A program made the position numbers and the translations under genes. Below, piece by piece: positions 37,327 to 51,776 of a stretch of DNA of 64,000 bases (its first letter is position 1; each line of letters opens with the position of its first letter). This DNA comes from Podarcis liolepis (Eukaryota). The DNA lies in NCBI GenBank assembly GCA_965112155.1, contig OZ218099.1; one strand, 5' to 3'. Under the pieces are notes generated by a model that was not told where the DNA came from, did no database searches, and saw only the letters and a program-made list of their open reading frames with translations.

Positions 37327-39072
37327 ATGACTCACTTCCATAAAGCAGACTGCTCAGCACATGGCAGTCCTTTCTAACCTTTTCTCCCCACCTCTATTCC
37401 ATGCCTTACAAGTGCAAAAAGGAAGGTAGGGATGGGGAAAATGTGTTATTTCATTTGTTACCAAACAATCCTTATCCCTGACCCTGTTGCTGGAAGGGGT
37501 TAGGATGAGGCAGAGGTGTCCCTCCAGTGGGCTCTGCCAGCAGCAGAGCTGCACTACCACAAAGGCTACTGCTGCATGCTCTGAAAGCACAAGAATAGCC
37601 ATTGTAAATCTCCAAAGCAGGGAAACAGAGAGGTGGAGCAGGAGCAGAACTGGGCCAACACTAGATTGGCTGTCTCCAAAGCTGACCTGTTTCCCATTGA
37701 GGGACCCAATTTGGCCATCTAAACTGCATCAGCCTGGAGCTAGCACAGGAAAAAAGTTACACAACTGCTTTCTCCTAATACTCTAGCCGACATGAGTGGC
37801 AGGGCTTCAGATGCAGTGGTGCATCCACTGATTCATTACATCCCAATGGCCTAAATCAGAGCTTCAAATTGCTCTGCCCAGCTCACTTATGTGCTCATGG
37901 AGACTATTTTGAGAACTAACCAAACAGAAATGAAGTGCTTTGCTTCAGAGAGCCCAGTTTCTCATGTAGCAATCCAGTGATCCCTTTTACCAATACCAGG
38001 GAGAGCGAAGAAGTCACTTTCATTCCCACAGACAGAGGCCAGCAACATTTCCAGCTAGCTGAAGCAAGAACAGCAACATGTACATATTGCTACGCTGCCA
38101 TAATCCCCACAGCACTGTGAGATTCCAGGGGTTCCAGGCGCTTATCCAGGGTTTGGAAATGAAGCACAGTGGAGACTGTGGTGTCTTTATAATATATACT
38201 GTATAGTTTATTTCCACATATATACAACCTGAGCCTAGGATGGTGGAGCTCTCAAGATTACACTCCAAGAGGGCCCTGTTTCTCACAAGGCTGCCACCTT
38301 GGATTCAAACTGCCAGCCCACACTGCTGCGACCCTCCCGTTCTGCAGCCTGCAAGCTGCTTGCCAAATGCAACTATTTCTCCTCTTGCTTATATCAGGCA
38401 AACTGCAATCCTGAAACTCTACTAATGGCCTTTGTTCTTCTACCCAACTCAGACCTCAGGGAGGGGCTTCACCCATTTCCCAGCTGGCACAGTCTTAGCT
38501 TTGCTGATGGCTTTCTTAATAGGTCTTCACCCTTCACCTTCTGCTCTTTTGATGGCCCATCTCTCCAGGCGATTGCTTCATCAGTGAGCCAGCCTGGCTT
38601 ATATTTTAACAAGCTAAATTCAACATCCGGCACTGGGGCTGGGGTTCCAGATATTAGAAGGGGAGACCAGGCACCCTAAAACTTTGTAACAATACTTTTA
38701 ATAACAGCTGCCAAGTTAGAATGTGATGCCTAGGAAAGCACTTAGTCAACTTTTCTTTTTAAAAATATTATAGACATATCAAGCAGAAACACCAAGAAAA
38801 ACATATAACTGTGTACCAAAAAAAGGTCCATAAACTACAACAACTGTGCTAGCCGAATATTATTCTCATTATAGGTCAACTTTTTGCATATTGAGCTGGA
38901 AGTATCCCATCCTTCCAATACTGAGCTATACAGAATCCTATTCCCCACATCTTTATAGTAGAAGCCCGCATAAGGAACTTATTGCAAGGACCATGGCAAC
39001 CAGAAAGTAGTCACATGCTGTTATGAGGATAGGTAGTGATTTCCTGTCCTAGTGCCTTTATCTTTCTTGACA

Positions 39073-39192
39073 CATAGAATCAAAGAATTGTAGAGTTGGA
39101 AGGGATCCTGAAGGTCATCTAGTCCAACCCCCTGCAATGCAGGAATCTCAAGTAAAGTATCCATGACAGATGCCCATCCAGCCTCTGCTAAA
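39073..39192 (-). mobile_element. CR1 LINE 3' end
   Basis: catagaatc..agagttggaagggatcc..aggtcatctagtccaaccccctgc is the reverse complement of the CR1 3' terminus with its ATTCTATG tail. Confidence 0.85.
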
Positions 39193-39204
39193 GAGTCAAG
39201 CACA

Positions 39205-39588
39205 GGGACGCAGGTGGTGCTGTGGCCTAAACCACTGAGCCTCTTGGGCTTGCTGATTGTAAGGTCAGCACTGAATCCCTATGATGGGGTAAGTTCGCAT
39301 TGCTCTGTCCCAGCTCCTGCTAACCTAGCAGTTTGAAAGCATGCCAGTACAAGTAGATAAATAGGTACCGCTGTGGCAGGAAGGTAAACGGCATTTCCAC
39401 GCACTCTGGCTTCCGTCACAGTGTTCCGTTGTACCAGAAGCGGTTTAGTCATGCTGGCCACACAACCCAGAAAGCTGTCTGTGGACAAACGCCAGCTCCC
39501 TCGGCCTGATGTGAGATGAGCGCTGCACCCCATAGTTGCCTTTGACTGGACTTAACCATCCAGGGGTCCTTTACCTTTTACCTTACTT
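39205..39588 (+). mobile_element. Full-length Sauria SINE
   Basis: Head GGGACGCAGGTGGTGCTGTGG, core GTAGATAAATAGGTACC, tail CCTTTACCTTTTACCTT; near-TSD TAAA(G/T)AGTCAAGC at 39189-39201 and 39589-39601. Confidence 0.88.
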
Positions 39589-39724
39589 TAAATAGTCAAG
39601 CTAAAGACACAAGCTTAAAGAATCTCACGGGCTATGACACTGTCCTACTGCTGTCCCAGAGCATAGGGCTATTAGAGAGGAATACCCTCAGGACATTTTC
39701 TCCAGTGTCTAGCCTACCTTTTAT

Positions 39725-39905
39725 TTTTATTACTAAAATTACTAACTTTATTCATAGATCTCAGGGAGGTTCACAACATAAAATTACAACATAAAATATA
39801 CAATAAAATTAAGAACAAAAACAAGCCAATAATCCCCCCTCCCATAACATCAGATGTCCATCGGCCAAAGGCCTGGTTGAAGCACAGCGTTTTCGCCTGG
39901 CACCT
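39725..39905 (-). mobile_element. L2-like LINE 3' fragment
   Basis: gatctcagggaggttcacaa ... aaaggcctggttgaag..cgttttcgcctggcacct pattern of L2 3' ends. Confidence 0.5.
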
Positions 39906-42900
39906 ACCTCAGGGATGGAGGCCACAGCAAGCTACAGGATTTCTCAGATGGGGAAAACTTCCACTGAAAAAAGCAAACACAAAAAGGCAGCTTCAAGGAT
40001 TGTTAAGTTCCCAGCACATTTTGAGTATGGCTTCATCAAAGGAAAATTATCATTTTTGCTCCTTCGTAAGAAAAACTGCTCCATAAAAGCTACATGCTAC
40101 CACTGCTTTAAGAAGGCTGATTAAGGAACAAATATGAGCATTTTGCCCCCGATAAAAGACATACTCAAAATGCATTGAGAATTCACCAAACTTTCAGCTG
40201 TCCTTTTATATTTCCTTTTTCCCCCTGTGGATTTTTAAAGCCACTTTCAATAACCCTTCTTCTTGTTAAGACCTTAACCACCTGAAAATGGTATCTAATA
40301 CAAAGTATAAGAGACAGAAAAAAAGGAACAGAAAAGTGTGTTTTGGGGACCCAAGTCCAAGAAAGGTTTTAAAAACATAACCACTTAAGAAATATTTTGT
40401 TTAAAATAAATAAAATACAATGTCAAACAATTCTATGGCAAGGCCCCCGGACCTTCAGTGCAAACTATTTTGTTCATAGGAGCGCATGAACAGTGAGCAA
40501 CTTTAGTTACCAGCGTAATCTCACTGAGATCAGTTACTTAACTTTCCCTGCCCACAACATCCGCAACATCAGGCACTCAACCTAAGCTATTCATCTTTAA
40601 AATATGTTTTGAATTGCAGTAACAGACTGTTGCTACCTAGTTCCCTTGAATAGAATTTGATTTACTACAAAGATGCCATGCTGGGGGTGGGCTGGGCTCT
40701 TTTGGAGTCATTAAGAGAAAATACTATAAAAGGAATCCCCTAGAGAAACTGTTTCTAGGGTCAGGAAATGTGAAAAAAATAAAAGTGGTTAAGTGGTGGT
40801 CTACTTTAAGAAGTGATTATTCACAGTGCACCTGTAGGAAAAGAAGAAACTCTCTACTGATTCTTTTTAGAGAGACAGACAGAGAGAGGGAGAGAATTCA
40901 AAAGTTTGATTACTATAAAGGAAAAAGAAATATTTGGCCTACGTGTTATTTAAATATTAATGTCCTCTGCCTAAGCAAAAAGTAATATCTAATATGCACT
41001 GAATACTTTCCAAACAGCCTTCACAAGTTTATGGCTAAAATCCTCAAATCCATTTACTTTAGAATAATCTTACTAAAGTCAACAGGACTTCTCGGGAGCA
41101 AGTGTGTTCCAAATATGGTTTGCGTGTATTTCTTGAAAAGGAAACAATTTATTTTATTTTTTTAATGAGTGGGATGCGTTTCAATCAAAGCACATGCAAA
41201 ACTAATTTGTAAAGGAAACAACTTTTGTTTCAGCTTTAAAAAAAAAAATGAGAGCAGGAGGTGTAGAGCAGGCAGTGAAGCAACTTTGAAAAAACAACAA
41301 CAGGCCAACACATGAGGGGGGAAGCATATTGCAGTTTAAAAATTGATTAATGAGGTGCTGACAAACTCATATAAACACGGGGACAGGCAGGCCTGCCAAA
41401 TCTCAAACCTATCAAAATGTTGTGAAGAAAATGCAGTTTTTAATTTGGGACAGGCAAACGTAGAGGGGAAGAAAATCAGCTTTAGCATCAAATCTTCATA
41501 GATTGTTAGTTTTCAAATGTATGTGCAGCACTGCAGGTTAGCAGACTGCTAATAAAAATATCAGATTGTGTGTGGGGGGGTGTTAGTTAAATTTGTGTAT
41601 CCTAAATTAACTGTTATTTGCATTCCTCTGTGTACATCCTTCTTTTGCATTATTAAATAGCTCAGTTGCAAATGTTCTGGAAGCTAAAAAATCTTCTGGA
41701 AATGAAAACTAGAGGTTAAGAAATCAATCTGTTTATCTGAGTTGGTTAACGGAGCCTATTTATTTGTTAGGGTGCACCGCACCACCCAATATTTCAAGAT
41801 TAGGAATCACATTACTCCTCATTTTTAACCACAGCCCATTAGGTTTCGCTAGCCAATTAGTTTATGCACATTCCTGGTATTTTCAGTAATCTCCATTTTT
41901 ACTGGAAGCAAATTTATACTTTTGTTTACACTTCTAAACACTGTGTGGAAGAGGCTGGAATGACTTTTGGGCAGACTACTCCTCGCAGTACACATCTATT
42001 ATTATTTTGACTCAAGTCCCAGCTTTAGCAGGATATTAAAGGCCCAGCCTAAATTTAAGTAGATGCTTTGAGACTACTAACATGCAGTCTCCTCTTGCTG
42101 TTCTTTAAAATTAGATATATAAAAAGCCATTTGCGTATCTTGTAAAGCAGTGAAACAGCAACAAACGCTACTCAAATCAGAGGAATAGAAGTATCTGAGG
42201 CTCTCTCTGGGTTTGGAGGTACCATTCAGGAAAATCCACCTTTTGTTTCTCAGAACTAAGATACAGGCACAAGCTTGTGGAGCAAGGAGGCAGTTCTGCA
42301 ATGTAACAGCAGAAGCTGGCTGAGCACAGTGCTGACTGGCTGGTGCCTGTGCAGTAATGAACCTCCCCCCACAACTCTGAAACTCTATCAAAATTGGCCA
42401 TTGTTTTTAAAAAGAGTCTTCAGGCATTTTTAGAAGATGTTCAGAAAACTGAGCTCATTCTGAACCAGCCCATTAGTACTTTTAATTACACAGTTCAGCA
42501 TACTCTTAGAAATTCACAGAAAACACAGGTGCCTGTTTTTCCAGCAATATCATTCCTGTATTGTCAGCTGTCTGCCTGACTGATAGGCAAAATTCTAACC
42601 ATACATTTGCCAATAATGAATTGTAGCAAACCCAGGGAAGGAGCAAACCAATAATCTTTTCAGTTGTCGTTTTGTGATGATGCAACAGGTACTTCCCCCC
42701 AGTAACGACATAATTCACCCAGTAATTTATTCCTGAGAATCCAAGGTGTTGTTTTAAAATTTTTAGCACGATATCACCAACAGTAGTGCAGTTATTTCCT
42801 GTGTGAACAGACACAGTGCTATGGTCTCACCTACTTTGGATGGAGTGGTTTTTGATAGGGTTGATGACCTCAGCTGCCTTCGTTACCTGGCTAGCAACAC

Positions 42901-44871
42901 TATGCAACCCCACCTTTCTTCATTATCTCTCCAAAGTTATATTGGTCCCTAATTAACAACTTAAGATGGGCTACATACCCATCTCCCGGTAAGCCCAGGA
43001 TGTAATACATCATCCTGCTGTATGACAGAGGATATATGCCATCTAATTCCATTTGGCACCCTGGTTCTTTCTACTTCCTCACCTCTGCAACCAACTCTTT
43101 AATTAGAACTGCTGAGTCATGCTGGAGTTTACTTGAAAGGAGCTGTTTGCTAAATGCTTGCTTCTAAATCTGGACTGAGGTGAACGAAGTTAACCTGAAA
43201 TGTCCAAAGTGGGGAGGGCAAGCAGGTGCTGAGATGGAAGACAGGAGGAACTTGATGCGTCACAAAAAGGAAGCCATGACATAGCCAGGTGGGAGCAGCT
43301 AATCCCATGCAAGGAGCCTCCAATACGAAAAGAAGCGCCTACCCTATTACATTGGTTGTATTTGGTGTGAGATGTAGGAGGGACTCTGTGGGACACTGTG
43401 AGGGACTTCAGCAAGCTTATCCTCCCCGCCCAAACCCATTTTTTTCCAGGTGCACTTCTTGCTAGACCAAAATAAATATACAGCATCAACAGGCATCCTT
43501 ATTTTGTTTGCTGTAATGTTCAAGCAACAAGTCCAAAGACTTAGGGTGGGACCAACGATTAAACTGAACCATTATTCATAAAAATAGGGATGCTCTGTCA
43601 CTTAATGCATTTCTGCACACTTTACCGCCACGCTGAATATTAAAGTATGAGGAGTGATTTGCTCTGCCGAAAGTGATTAATTTCTTTAAAATGTGAAGGT
43701 CACGCTAATTGACATGACCTGTGTAATTAAGCAGTCTCTGTTTACACACGGAAAGCTCGACTGCTGTGAGGCTGGGCTTGCCTGACAGAATGTCTTTACG
43801 AGTCAAGAGATCAACAACCCCTCTTATGTCCTACCTAGTCACCTACACAAGCTCCTGATTGCTCTTCTGACAGAACATGCAAGAGCATTACCATATGAAA
43901 ATCAGCTCACATCTTGGGGGAGTTGCAAACTGGCAGCACGTAGGTAAGCACAAACTGTTGCTTTGACAGACTGCGGTCCTGGCTGTTCACGCTAGATTGC
44001 CCTGTTTGCGAGAGCATGTCTGACTGGAGGATATTCTTACAGAATAACCGATGTTTAATAAATACAAGGCAACAGTGGCAGAGACGGAAGGGAAACAGAT
44101 GGAAGGCCCTTAAGAATGCTGTGTAGAAATCTGCAAATTCCATGTGGAAATAGCAGAAATTATATGGCCTGGAAAACAAAAGCTAGTCAAACAAAACTGT
44201 TCCGCTTCCAGGTAACATGACATTAACTGTGAGGGAAATACAAACTTACGGTCATAAATATAGCCTTCACTTTATTTATTTATTGCACATTCCTCCAAGG
44301 AGCTCAGGAAAGTGTAAGATCTTACCCAAGCTGAGGTAAGTTAATCTAGCCCTAGATATTCCAGTCTGCACTGAAGTTCAACACTGCATCCACTACAAAA
44401 ACTGCTGGACCACCAGGTCTTCTCCTCAATGCTCCTCCTCTAAGCACGCAGCAGTGCAGGGTGGGTCAGGAGATGCTGCTTATCAGGCAGTAAGACAGAC
44501 CACCCTGGGGCTTTGCTGGAGCAATTATCTTATCAGCCGCTCCCTGCTCCAGGTGGTTCCACTGCTGACTCCCCCTGCTGGTCCTCTGGGGCTCTTCTGG
44601 AAGACCCAACAATTCTCCCTCATCCTGGAGCCAATCCCCATGCCAGAAGTTGGGAACTCTGGAAACAGGTCAGAAATGATCAACTGCTGCAACAACATAT
44701 CTTTCTCATCTACCCTCACACACCTGAGTATGTCCCAGCTATTGGGACCAGAGTGTTCCCAACACTATTTGCTTTACTTGTTTTTGTTTTTGCAAACTGC
44801 CTTGAAATCATTGATATAAGGTGGCATATAAAGGTTTTAAATTAATAAACAGAAAAATATACAGGGGGTAA

Positions 44872-45290
44872 AGCATGTTGTGCAGATGCCTGATTATCAT
44901 CTTCCAAAGAAACTACTCTATTCTGAACTTAAAAATGGAAAGTGTAACACTGGTGGTCAGCAAAAGAGGTTGAAAGACTGTCTCAAGGCAAATTTTTAAA
45001 AATGGAGTATAAGCACCAACAATAGGGAAACACTTGTCTGCGAGTGCTCCAATTGGAGAACAGCTTTTACCAAAGGTGTCAAAGGTGCTCTGAAGACACT
45101 CAAATTCAGAACACAAGGTAGAAACGTGCAATCCACACCGTGATCAACTCCCACCCAGAAACCAATGTCGCCACTGTGGAAGGACTTGTGGGTCCAGAAT
45201 TGGCCCCCACAGTCACTTACGGACTCATCGTTAAAACCGTGTTTATGGAAGAAAATCTTACTTGGCTACGAGTGATCACCAAGGAAGAAG
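44872..45290 (+). mobile_element. RTE-clade LINE 3' fragment
   Basis: Encodes HVVQMPDYHLPKKLLYSELKNG..GGQQKRLKDCLK and a terminal finger CRHCGRTCGSRIGPHSHLRTH; ends in a GAAGAAG tail. Confidence 0.82.
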
Positions 45291-45950
45291 GACTACTCTA
45301 TCCAACCTATGGGCAGTTAGGAAATGACCTATGAATAGTTTCCTAATGACTCTCTTTCATATTACAGAAATTGAATATGGGTAAAAGCTTAGCAAAGATT
45401 TTGTTCCAACCATACACTGTAAGAGTTCTATCAAGCATTTTTTCCAACTTAGCTTCAAATTAAGTCCAGAGTGGTAATTAACGGAACAATTGACAATAAA
45501 TTTTGGATAATAGTCCTTTAAGAATTTAATGATTATTTACTAGCTTTTCAAAGTCAGTTAAAGCTGTTCTGAATGTTCCATCTTTTACTCCATGTTTAAG
45601 TAATCTTCAAACTGAAAATATTGAAACAATTGGGCTTTTTTTGCTATTTACATTTTTCTTAATTATATGGCACACTGATAGTCAAAAAGTGCATAATGAA
45701 CAGGGCTGTCCTATGCATGTTTACGCAAAAGTGAGACCCACTGTGTTCAGTGAGGCTTTCTACTTGTGTGTTTAGAATTATAAACCTTATGTAAGCCCCA
45801 TTTAACTATGTGAGATGTACTTTTGAGTAGGTATGCATAGGGTGCTTATTAGCCTAATAATTCCATTATCTCATATGGAAGATCTAAATATTAAAAATAA
45901 GGGAAATCAACACAAATACACAAACACTTATGGCTTAAAATAATCCTAGC

Positions 45951-46097
45951 CAGTGCTTTTTTCTTTTAAAAAATGTTTAGGGGTACTCTCATTTTCCTAC
46001 TTATATTGAAATACTTTCCCTCAATGAGGCCAAACTTAGATTCACAAAATGTTTAGGGGTATGCATACCCCTGCGTCCCCCCAGAAAAAAAGCACTG
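45951..46097. mobile_element. hAT-type MITE, 147 bp
   Basis: TIRs CAGTGCTTTTTT / AAAAAAGCACTG; 8-bp TSD AT(C/T)CTAGC at 45943-45950 and 46098-46105. Confidence 0.85.
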
Positions 46098-46729
46098 ATT
46101 CTAGCCTACTCCTGCTTTTCTAACACTGAAGGTATAAAATCCACATCTTGCTACTATCTAGTTCTCTGTTTTAATGTAGCATATTTCCCATATATTTTAT
46201 GACCTAGCAGTATAGAAATACTTTATATATAAATTATACCATAAAGGTTGCCCATCAAAATCAACCACATTTTTTTGTATTTAAGTAATTTATTGTTTTT
46301 GATCTTGCGGTGTTACAGTAATAATAATAATAAATTGTGCCAGGCTGTTCCACCACTGTCATTTGGGCAAAAAAAAAAAAATATAGAAGTATGGCCAACT
46401 CTATGGACAATTGATATAAAAGATCTGAGCAGTTTACTGCAGCAGAAGAGGCTTATGTCTCTTCTGGTGGGGAAACCTACATATGGGCAGATTAGGGTAC
46501 TTTTGTTTGTTTCAGAATTGTTTGTGAACTTCACCTTGTACATTTAGAACAATACCTCCAGTCCATACCTGTTTGGGGAGGTAAAAACGTCAGCACACAG
46601 TGTGATAGGAGGATCATAACAAAATGGATTATTATTAAGGTCTTTTCTGTTGTTCCCCCTTATCACTCTGTCTTCTTTGCCTTATATGGTGTGACACTGT
46701 GAGATAGGATAGGCTACCAATCCCAAGAG

Positions 46730-47076
46730 GGGACGCGGGTGGCGCTGTGGTCTAAACCATTGAGCCTAGGGCTTGCCGATCAGAAGGTCAGTGGTTCGAA
46801 TCCCCGCAACGGGGTGAGCTCCCGTTGCTCGGTCCCAGTTCCTGCCAACCTAGCAGTTCGAAAGCATGTCGAAGTGCAAGTAGATAAATAGGTACCACTC
46901 CGGCAGTAAATGGCATTTTCGTGCGCTGCTCTGGTTCACCAGAAACGGCTTAGTCATGCTGGCCACATGTCTGTGGACAAACGCCAGCTCCCTCAGCCTA
47001 TAGAGCGAGATGAGCGCGCAACACCAGAGTTGTCCATGACTGGATCTAACAGTCAAGGGTACGTTTACCTTTACTT
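46730..47076 (+). mobile_element. Full-length Sauria SINE (younger copy)
   Basis: Head GGGACGCGGGTGGCGCTGTGG, B-box GGTTCGAATCCC, tail TTTACCTTTACTT; TSD TACCAATCCCAA(G/A)AGG at 46715-46730 and 47077-47092. Confidence 0.92.
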
Positions 47077-48105
47077 TACCAATCCCAAAAGGCAAAGCCT
47101 AAATAACGTTTGTCTTATCAAGCTAAACAGATTCCACTAGCAGTCATGTAGGCATTCTACAGTAGCTCAGTAATAGAGAAATCCAAATCCTGGCCACCAA
47201 GGGGTAGAGAGAGAATCAGTGGATCCACCAGTGGTGTCCAAAACCCTCTCTCCCAGCTGACCTGGGCAGAAGATGAGGGTGATTCTTTTACATTTTTTTG
47301 GGGGGGGGTGGACCAAATCCAGACTGGCACAACGTGGGGGATTAGTAGGGGATTGGATCTTGTGGATCCAAAGCCTCTGGCACACCACACTGCCCCATTG
47401 GGGGGGGGTTACTACTGGCTTCTATCGGTGGGAGAACTGGCAGTTGCAAATATCCACAAATTACGGTGAAACACAGCAGCAGAGGCTGCCTCACTTCTCC
47501 TCATCTCCACCAATAGAAGCCAGTAGGAAACAACATCTGCCTCCCATCCTAAATAATCCAATACCCCATCAACATGCAAAGGAATGGTGCTAGTGTTGAA
47601 GGCAGAATTGTACTGGGCCACTAAGAGGCAGTTTTGTCAAACAGCTAGTGTGTTCACATTGGCAGGTCACAGCTTGCACAGACTTGAGAGAATGAATAAA
47701 ATACTATTTTTTTTCAATTTGGGTTTTAGAACTAGAAAGAGGCAACATTTGTTTAGCTTGTTGATTTACGGAATTAAAATCAGTTGAGAACTAGCATCTG
47801 TATTCCTTCAGGTAATTTTACAGTCCAGAGTTTCCCATCCTGTGAGCTGTGACCTGCAAGTGGGGTGTAATTCCTGTGGAAGTGGCCATATTACTTATTA
47901 CAAATTAATTATCGCTTGTAATCCTTCACTGGTATGATGTTACAACTCTTACAGCTTTTTGTTTTGTTGGCACATCATATTGCTATGTTCACACTTGTAA
48001 CCAAATGTCAGAAAGGCTACTCTTGTATTCCCATAAACAAAACTGTGAATACTGTCGGTACCATAAATATTTCAATGAATTCCACATTAATATGGGTGCT
48101 AAGTA

Positions 48106-48171
48106 AATGGTTATAAAATAGGCAAACTTACAGCTGCCAATGGTTATAAAATAGGCAAACAGACAGCTGCC
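48106..48171. repeat. 33-bp tandem duplication
   Basis: AATGGTTATAAAATAGGCAAAC(TT/AG)ACAGCTGCC occurs twice. Confidence 0.9.
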
Positions 48172-48384
48172 AATGACCTAAGGTCCAAAATTCATATGAC
48201 AATATTTCAGTGGGTTACCATATCAAGCAAATTTGGATTTCTGAGCCACCATACCAAAAAGGCTGGGAACCACTGCTAAAATCTAGCATCATCTTCCAAC
48301 TTACCTAGTGACTTTCATGACTCATCATGTATTAAATTGTGTTGTTGTTTTTAATGGTAATTCTCTGTTGTCATTGGCTGCATC

Positions 48385-48662
48385 CCCATGGCAATTGAAT
48401 CTGCTTTCACGACTGCCAAGCTCCACATTATATTTGAGCTTTCACACAATGTAAAAGCCACTTATGGAACAATAGTGGAATATGGAGCAGGTTTAGGGCT
48501 CATTCCTGTTTTACTTGTTTCCAGAAAAACGCCTGTTTGCAAATAATATGAAAATGAGTGCTAAACGAGCTATATTCCACTATAGTTCCGAAAGTGGCTT
48601 TAACATTGTATGAAATTTTTAAAAAGATGGAAATTAACTGTTGGGGATAGAACTGCCATGCG
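48385..48662. mobile_element. Degenerate palindromic MITE
   Basis: Inverted arms at about 48443-48496 and 48561-48614 (acaatgt.aaagccactt..ggaac.atagtggaatat). Confidence 0.55.
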
Positions 48663-48998
48663 AATGCAGTCATTGTTAATACCTGGGGCGTCAAACCCTT
48701 GCTCCCATGTCTTGTGAGGAGGGGTTAAAAATATTTAAAAGCCAAAGAGCAATAATAGTGGAGTGTTCAGATCAGGGCCAACCCACTTGCGAGGCAAGCA
48801 CCTCGAGCAGCAGAGGCCCACAAGGTGTGGCACCACAGCCAGCGGAGGGGAGCCAGTTTCCAGAGAGATGTGATCTCAGTGCTGCTCACTTCTCTGGCGG
48901 CTTTGGACCACTGCCACCACTTCTCTGGTGACGGCACAGGCGCCTCCACCCCTGTAGCCATCAGAGAAGCCGCTGCCTCGCAACCTGGGGGGGGGGGA

Positions 48999-49424
48999 CT
49001 GGGCTGGATTTAGGTTTTATGAGGCCCTAAGCTATTGAAGATAATGGGGCCCTTTATATGTCCAGCTGTCCTTTGTCAACAACAAATTGTCACTGCTTCT
49101 TGTGTTGAATATATGCTACATGGTAATTTATGGATGTAATAGGTATCCAAAACCATTTGCAATGCAGAATGTAGGCACCCTATATATAGAAATGAGCAAA
49201 CCAGTGATATTTTAGGGAGCAGGCTAGCAGGCATGGCCCATTACTTACATTATAGGAGCCTACACAACACAAAACAAAACAAAACACTGCTGCTGTATGA
49301 AGGTTATATTTTATTTGTTTTTTATCTTATACTTTGGAAATGTACATCCTGGATTTTTTTTCCTTTAAAATTTTTTGGGGGCCCAAGCTATAGCTTGTTT
49401 AGCTTATAGATAAATCCAGAACTG
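48999..49424. mobile_element. hAT-type non-autonomous DNA transposon, apparently nested in an older element (about 48772-49495)
   Basis: Ends CTGGGCTGGATTTA / TAAATCCAGAACTG form an imperfect TIR; TSD unclear. Confidence 0.6.
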
Positions 49425-49824
49425 GTGTGGGGTGGGAGCAGGAAGTGGCATCTTGCCATTTGGCCTCAGGTGCTGAAAGGGGAAGGGCCAACCCTAGTTC
49501 AGATTCGTTGTTTTCGAGCTGGCATTCTGACACTTCTGATCACAGAGCAAAGCCTGGTGACTTAACAAAATGCAAATCCTCGCCATTTCCCCCCATATCC
49601 CAACTCTTATTTATTTTTTATAATTTATATCACACCTTTCCCCATTCAAAGGGTGAACCAAAGTGACTCACAGAAAATACATCAAAATACAATGCCAAGA
49701 ACAACGATAAAATGCAAAACGTAACTTTCCAAAAGAACTATGTAATCATTTTACATAGGTTGACAATCTTCCCAGCCCACATCATTTAAACATTATTTAT
49801 CTTAAGGGGGGGAGTGACACTGAC

Positions 49825-49906
49825 CTGAAATCTTCGCATGTCTCGAGGGTTTCCTGCATTTTTTAGGCAGTTCTGGTTACATTTAAGAAAAAATTTCAAG
49901 AAGAAC
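49825..49906 (-). CDS. EBF1: EBF1 coding exon (mammalian exon 7 equivalent), 82 nt; (R)[27 protein letters not shown], part of the COE DNA-binding domain
   Basis: Minus-strand translation matches the COE/EBF DBD motif. Acceptor CCCTTTTCCAACAG (AG at 49908-49907), donor CAG|GTCAGT (GT at 49824-49823). 1 nt + 27 codons; ends in phase 0 and joins the next exon in frame. Confidence 0.97.
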
Positions 49907-51704
49907 CTGTTGGAAAAGGGATATCGTGTTGAGTATACCAGTTGTTGACAAGTTGCCCCAATACACCCCTTGCTCACCCAGCAAACAATTTATATAAAAT
50001 TGTCTGTCCACATGTACCACATGGATAAAGATGGTCTTCTCACAGTTCTAACACACCAAACCAATGAGCCAAAAAAATAGGCATAAACTTAACACAAAAT
50101 TATTCCTCCAAAAAAGCAAAGTCATTATCCGTCTTCTAAAACATGCCGCTTGAAACTTTCATCACACAACAAGGGTACAGAGGAGAAAATGAAGCCGCCA
50201 TTTCCATGGAGTTGACGGCTGGCAGTCACAACTACAGAATTCCGGAAATGATCATATTTCCCTACTACTTGAAACAGTTATGCATTTGGGGACGACAAAT
50301 TGGCATATTTTTCACTGTCACAATTCTGGCTCCCACATACTATAATTTACAGAATTCCAAAATGTGTTTATGATGAAAAACATTCGTGCATGTAATACTG
50401 TACAGGGAGTGCGTGTGATTTCAGCTAAGGCGTTAAACACTAAATGTTCTCTCAAGGTAAGCTTGCAGCTTCATTGCTTCTCTCACCTGTGGCCCTGCAT
50501 TTTGGGTTGCAAAACTGCTGCTTCTACCATCATTATGCATTTTACTTAATAGAAAAATGGCCCTAGTAATGATACTAGTGTTGTTAGTATTATTCAGTCG
50601 TAATATCCTTTCAGAGCATTTTAAAAGTATGAGGAATATGGAGATGAGATGGCAGTCACTGGCAATAACAATGAAAGATGTCAACTTCCAGGCTTTAACA
50701 ACTCCTAAGCACTAAATCCTAAACCCCCAACTCCTATCAGAATTTCTGCCTCCCATTTTGTCTCCTTACTAGTTATCCTGGCTTTATAAACTGTTTTCCT
50801 CCCCTCTGTGATATGAAGAAGTTGCTGTTGTTCTTGGTTTACTTGTTTTTTCTTGTCGTATGTCTTAGGGGAGATGTTCTCACCCCTGCACTGAAACTAT
50901 CTGAAAACAGACTGGTAGGCAGCTGCAACACACCCGCACAAGTGGGGGGGGGGGGGACACACACACAAAAGTCAGAAAGTACTGTCACTAGAACAATAGC
51001 TGTGTTGATCTGTTGTATTTCTTCTTCTTTTTTAAAGCCTCTGTATATTTGAGAGTAACCTCATCAAACCCAGTAGGCTCCACTTCTGGGGACACATGCA
51101 AAAATTGGGTATTCTAATATGTGGTAGCCATTGTGAAAATTGAAGCCGGTGACCTATATTTATTTTAGTTATTCCAGTATACTTCTGTCTTTGGCTCTGC
51201 CTATAGTCATCACTAGCTCCACCCACTCTCACCCTGCCATGACCTGTGATGGAATGAGCCCACAGCAGAAACAAGATTGTTCACTCACCCTACCTCCATA
51301 CTACAGTAATGAATGGAAATTAATACACAACAGGAAAACATACTTAAATAAATGGGGGAGATACCATTATATAGATGCAGTTGGGTGGTCTTTGATGCCT
51401 TAAATAGGCGTTCTTACTATGGACGCTTGTCAAACAAAAGAAAAAATGTGCTAGCTAGGATGAAGTCCTCTTTCACTAAATTTGCCAGCAATTAGAGCGG
51501 TCAACTTATTAAAGGTTGTAGTCAATCAGCAGCCTTGCATTTAACTGATAAATCAATTGATTCACCATTTAAAAATTATTTCAGTATCTCAGTACAGGTT
51601 ACATTCTAAGGGTCATTACTGAAGTTTTTCCCAAACTAGCAGAAAATTATAAAGCATATCAAAAATATTTCAAAAGATCTACTAAGTGTTGCTTGTTTGT
51701 ATTT

Positions 51705-51772
<68 letters not shown>
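51705..51772. repeat. Compound (GTT)n/(AC)n microsatellite
   Basis: Read directly. Confidence 0.95.
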
Positions 51773-51776
<4 letters not shown>

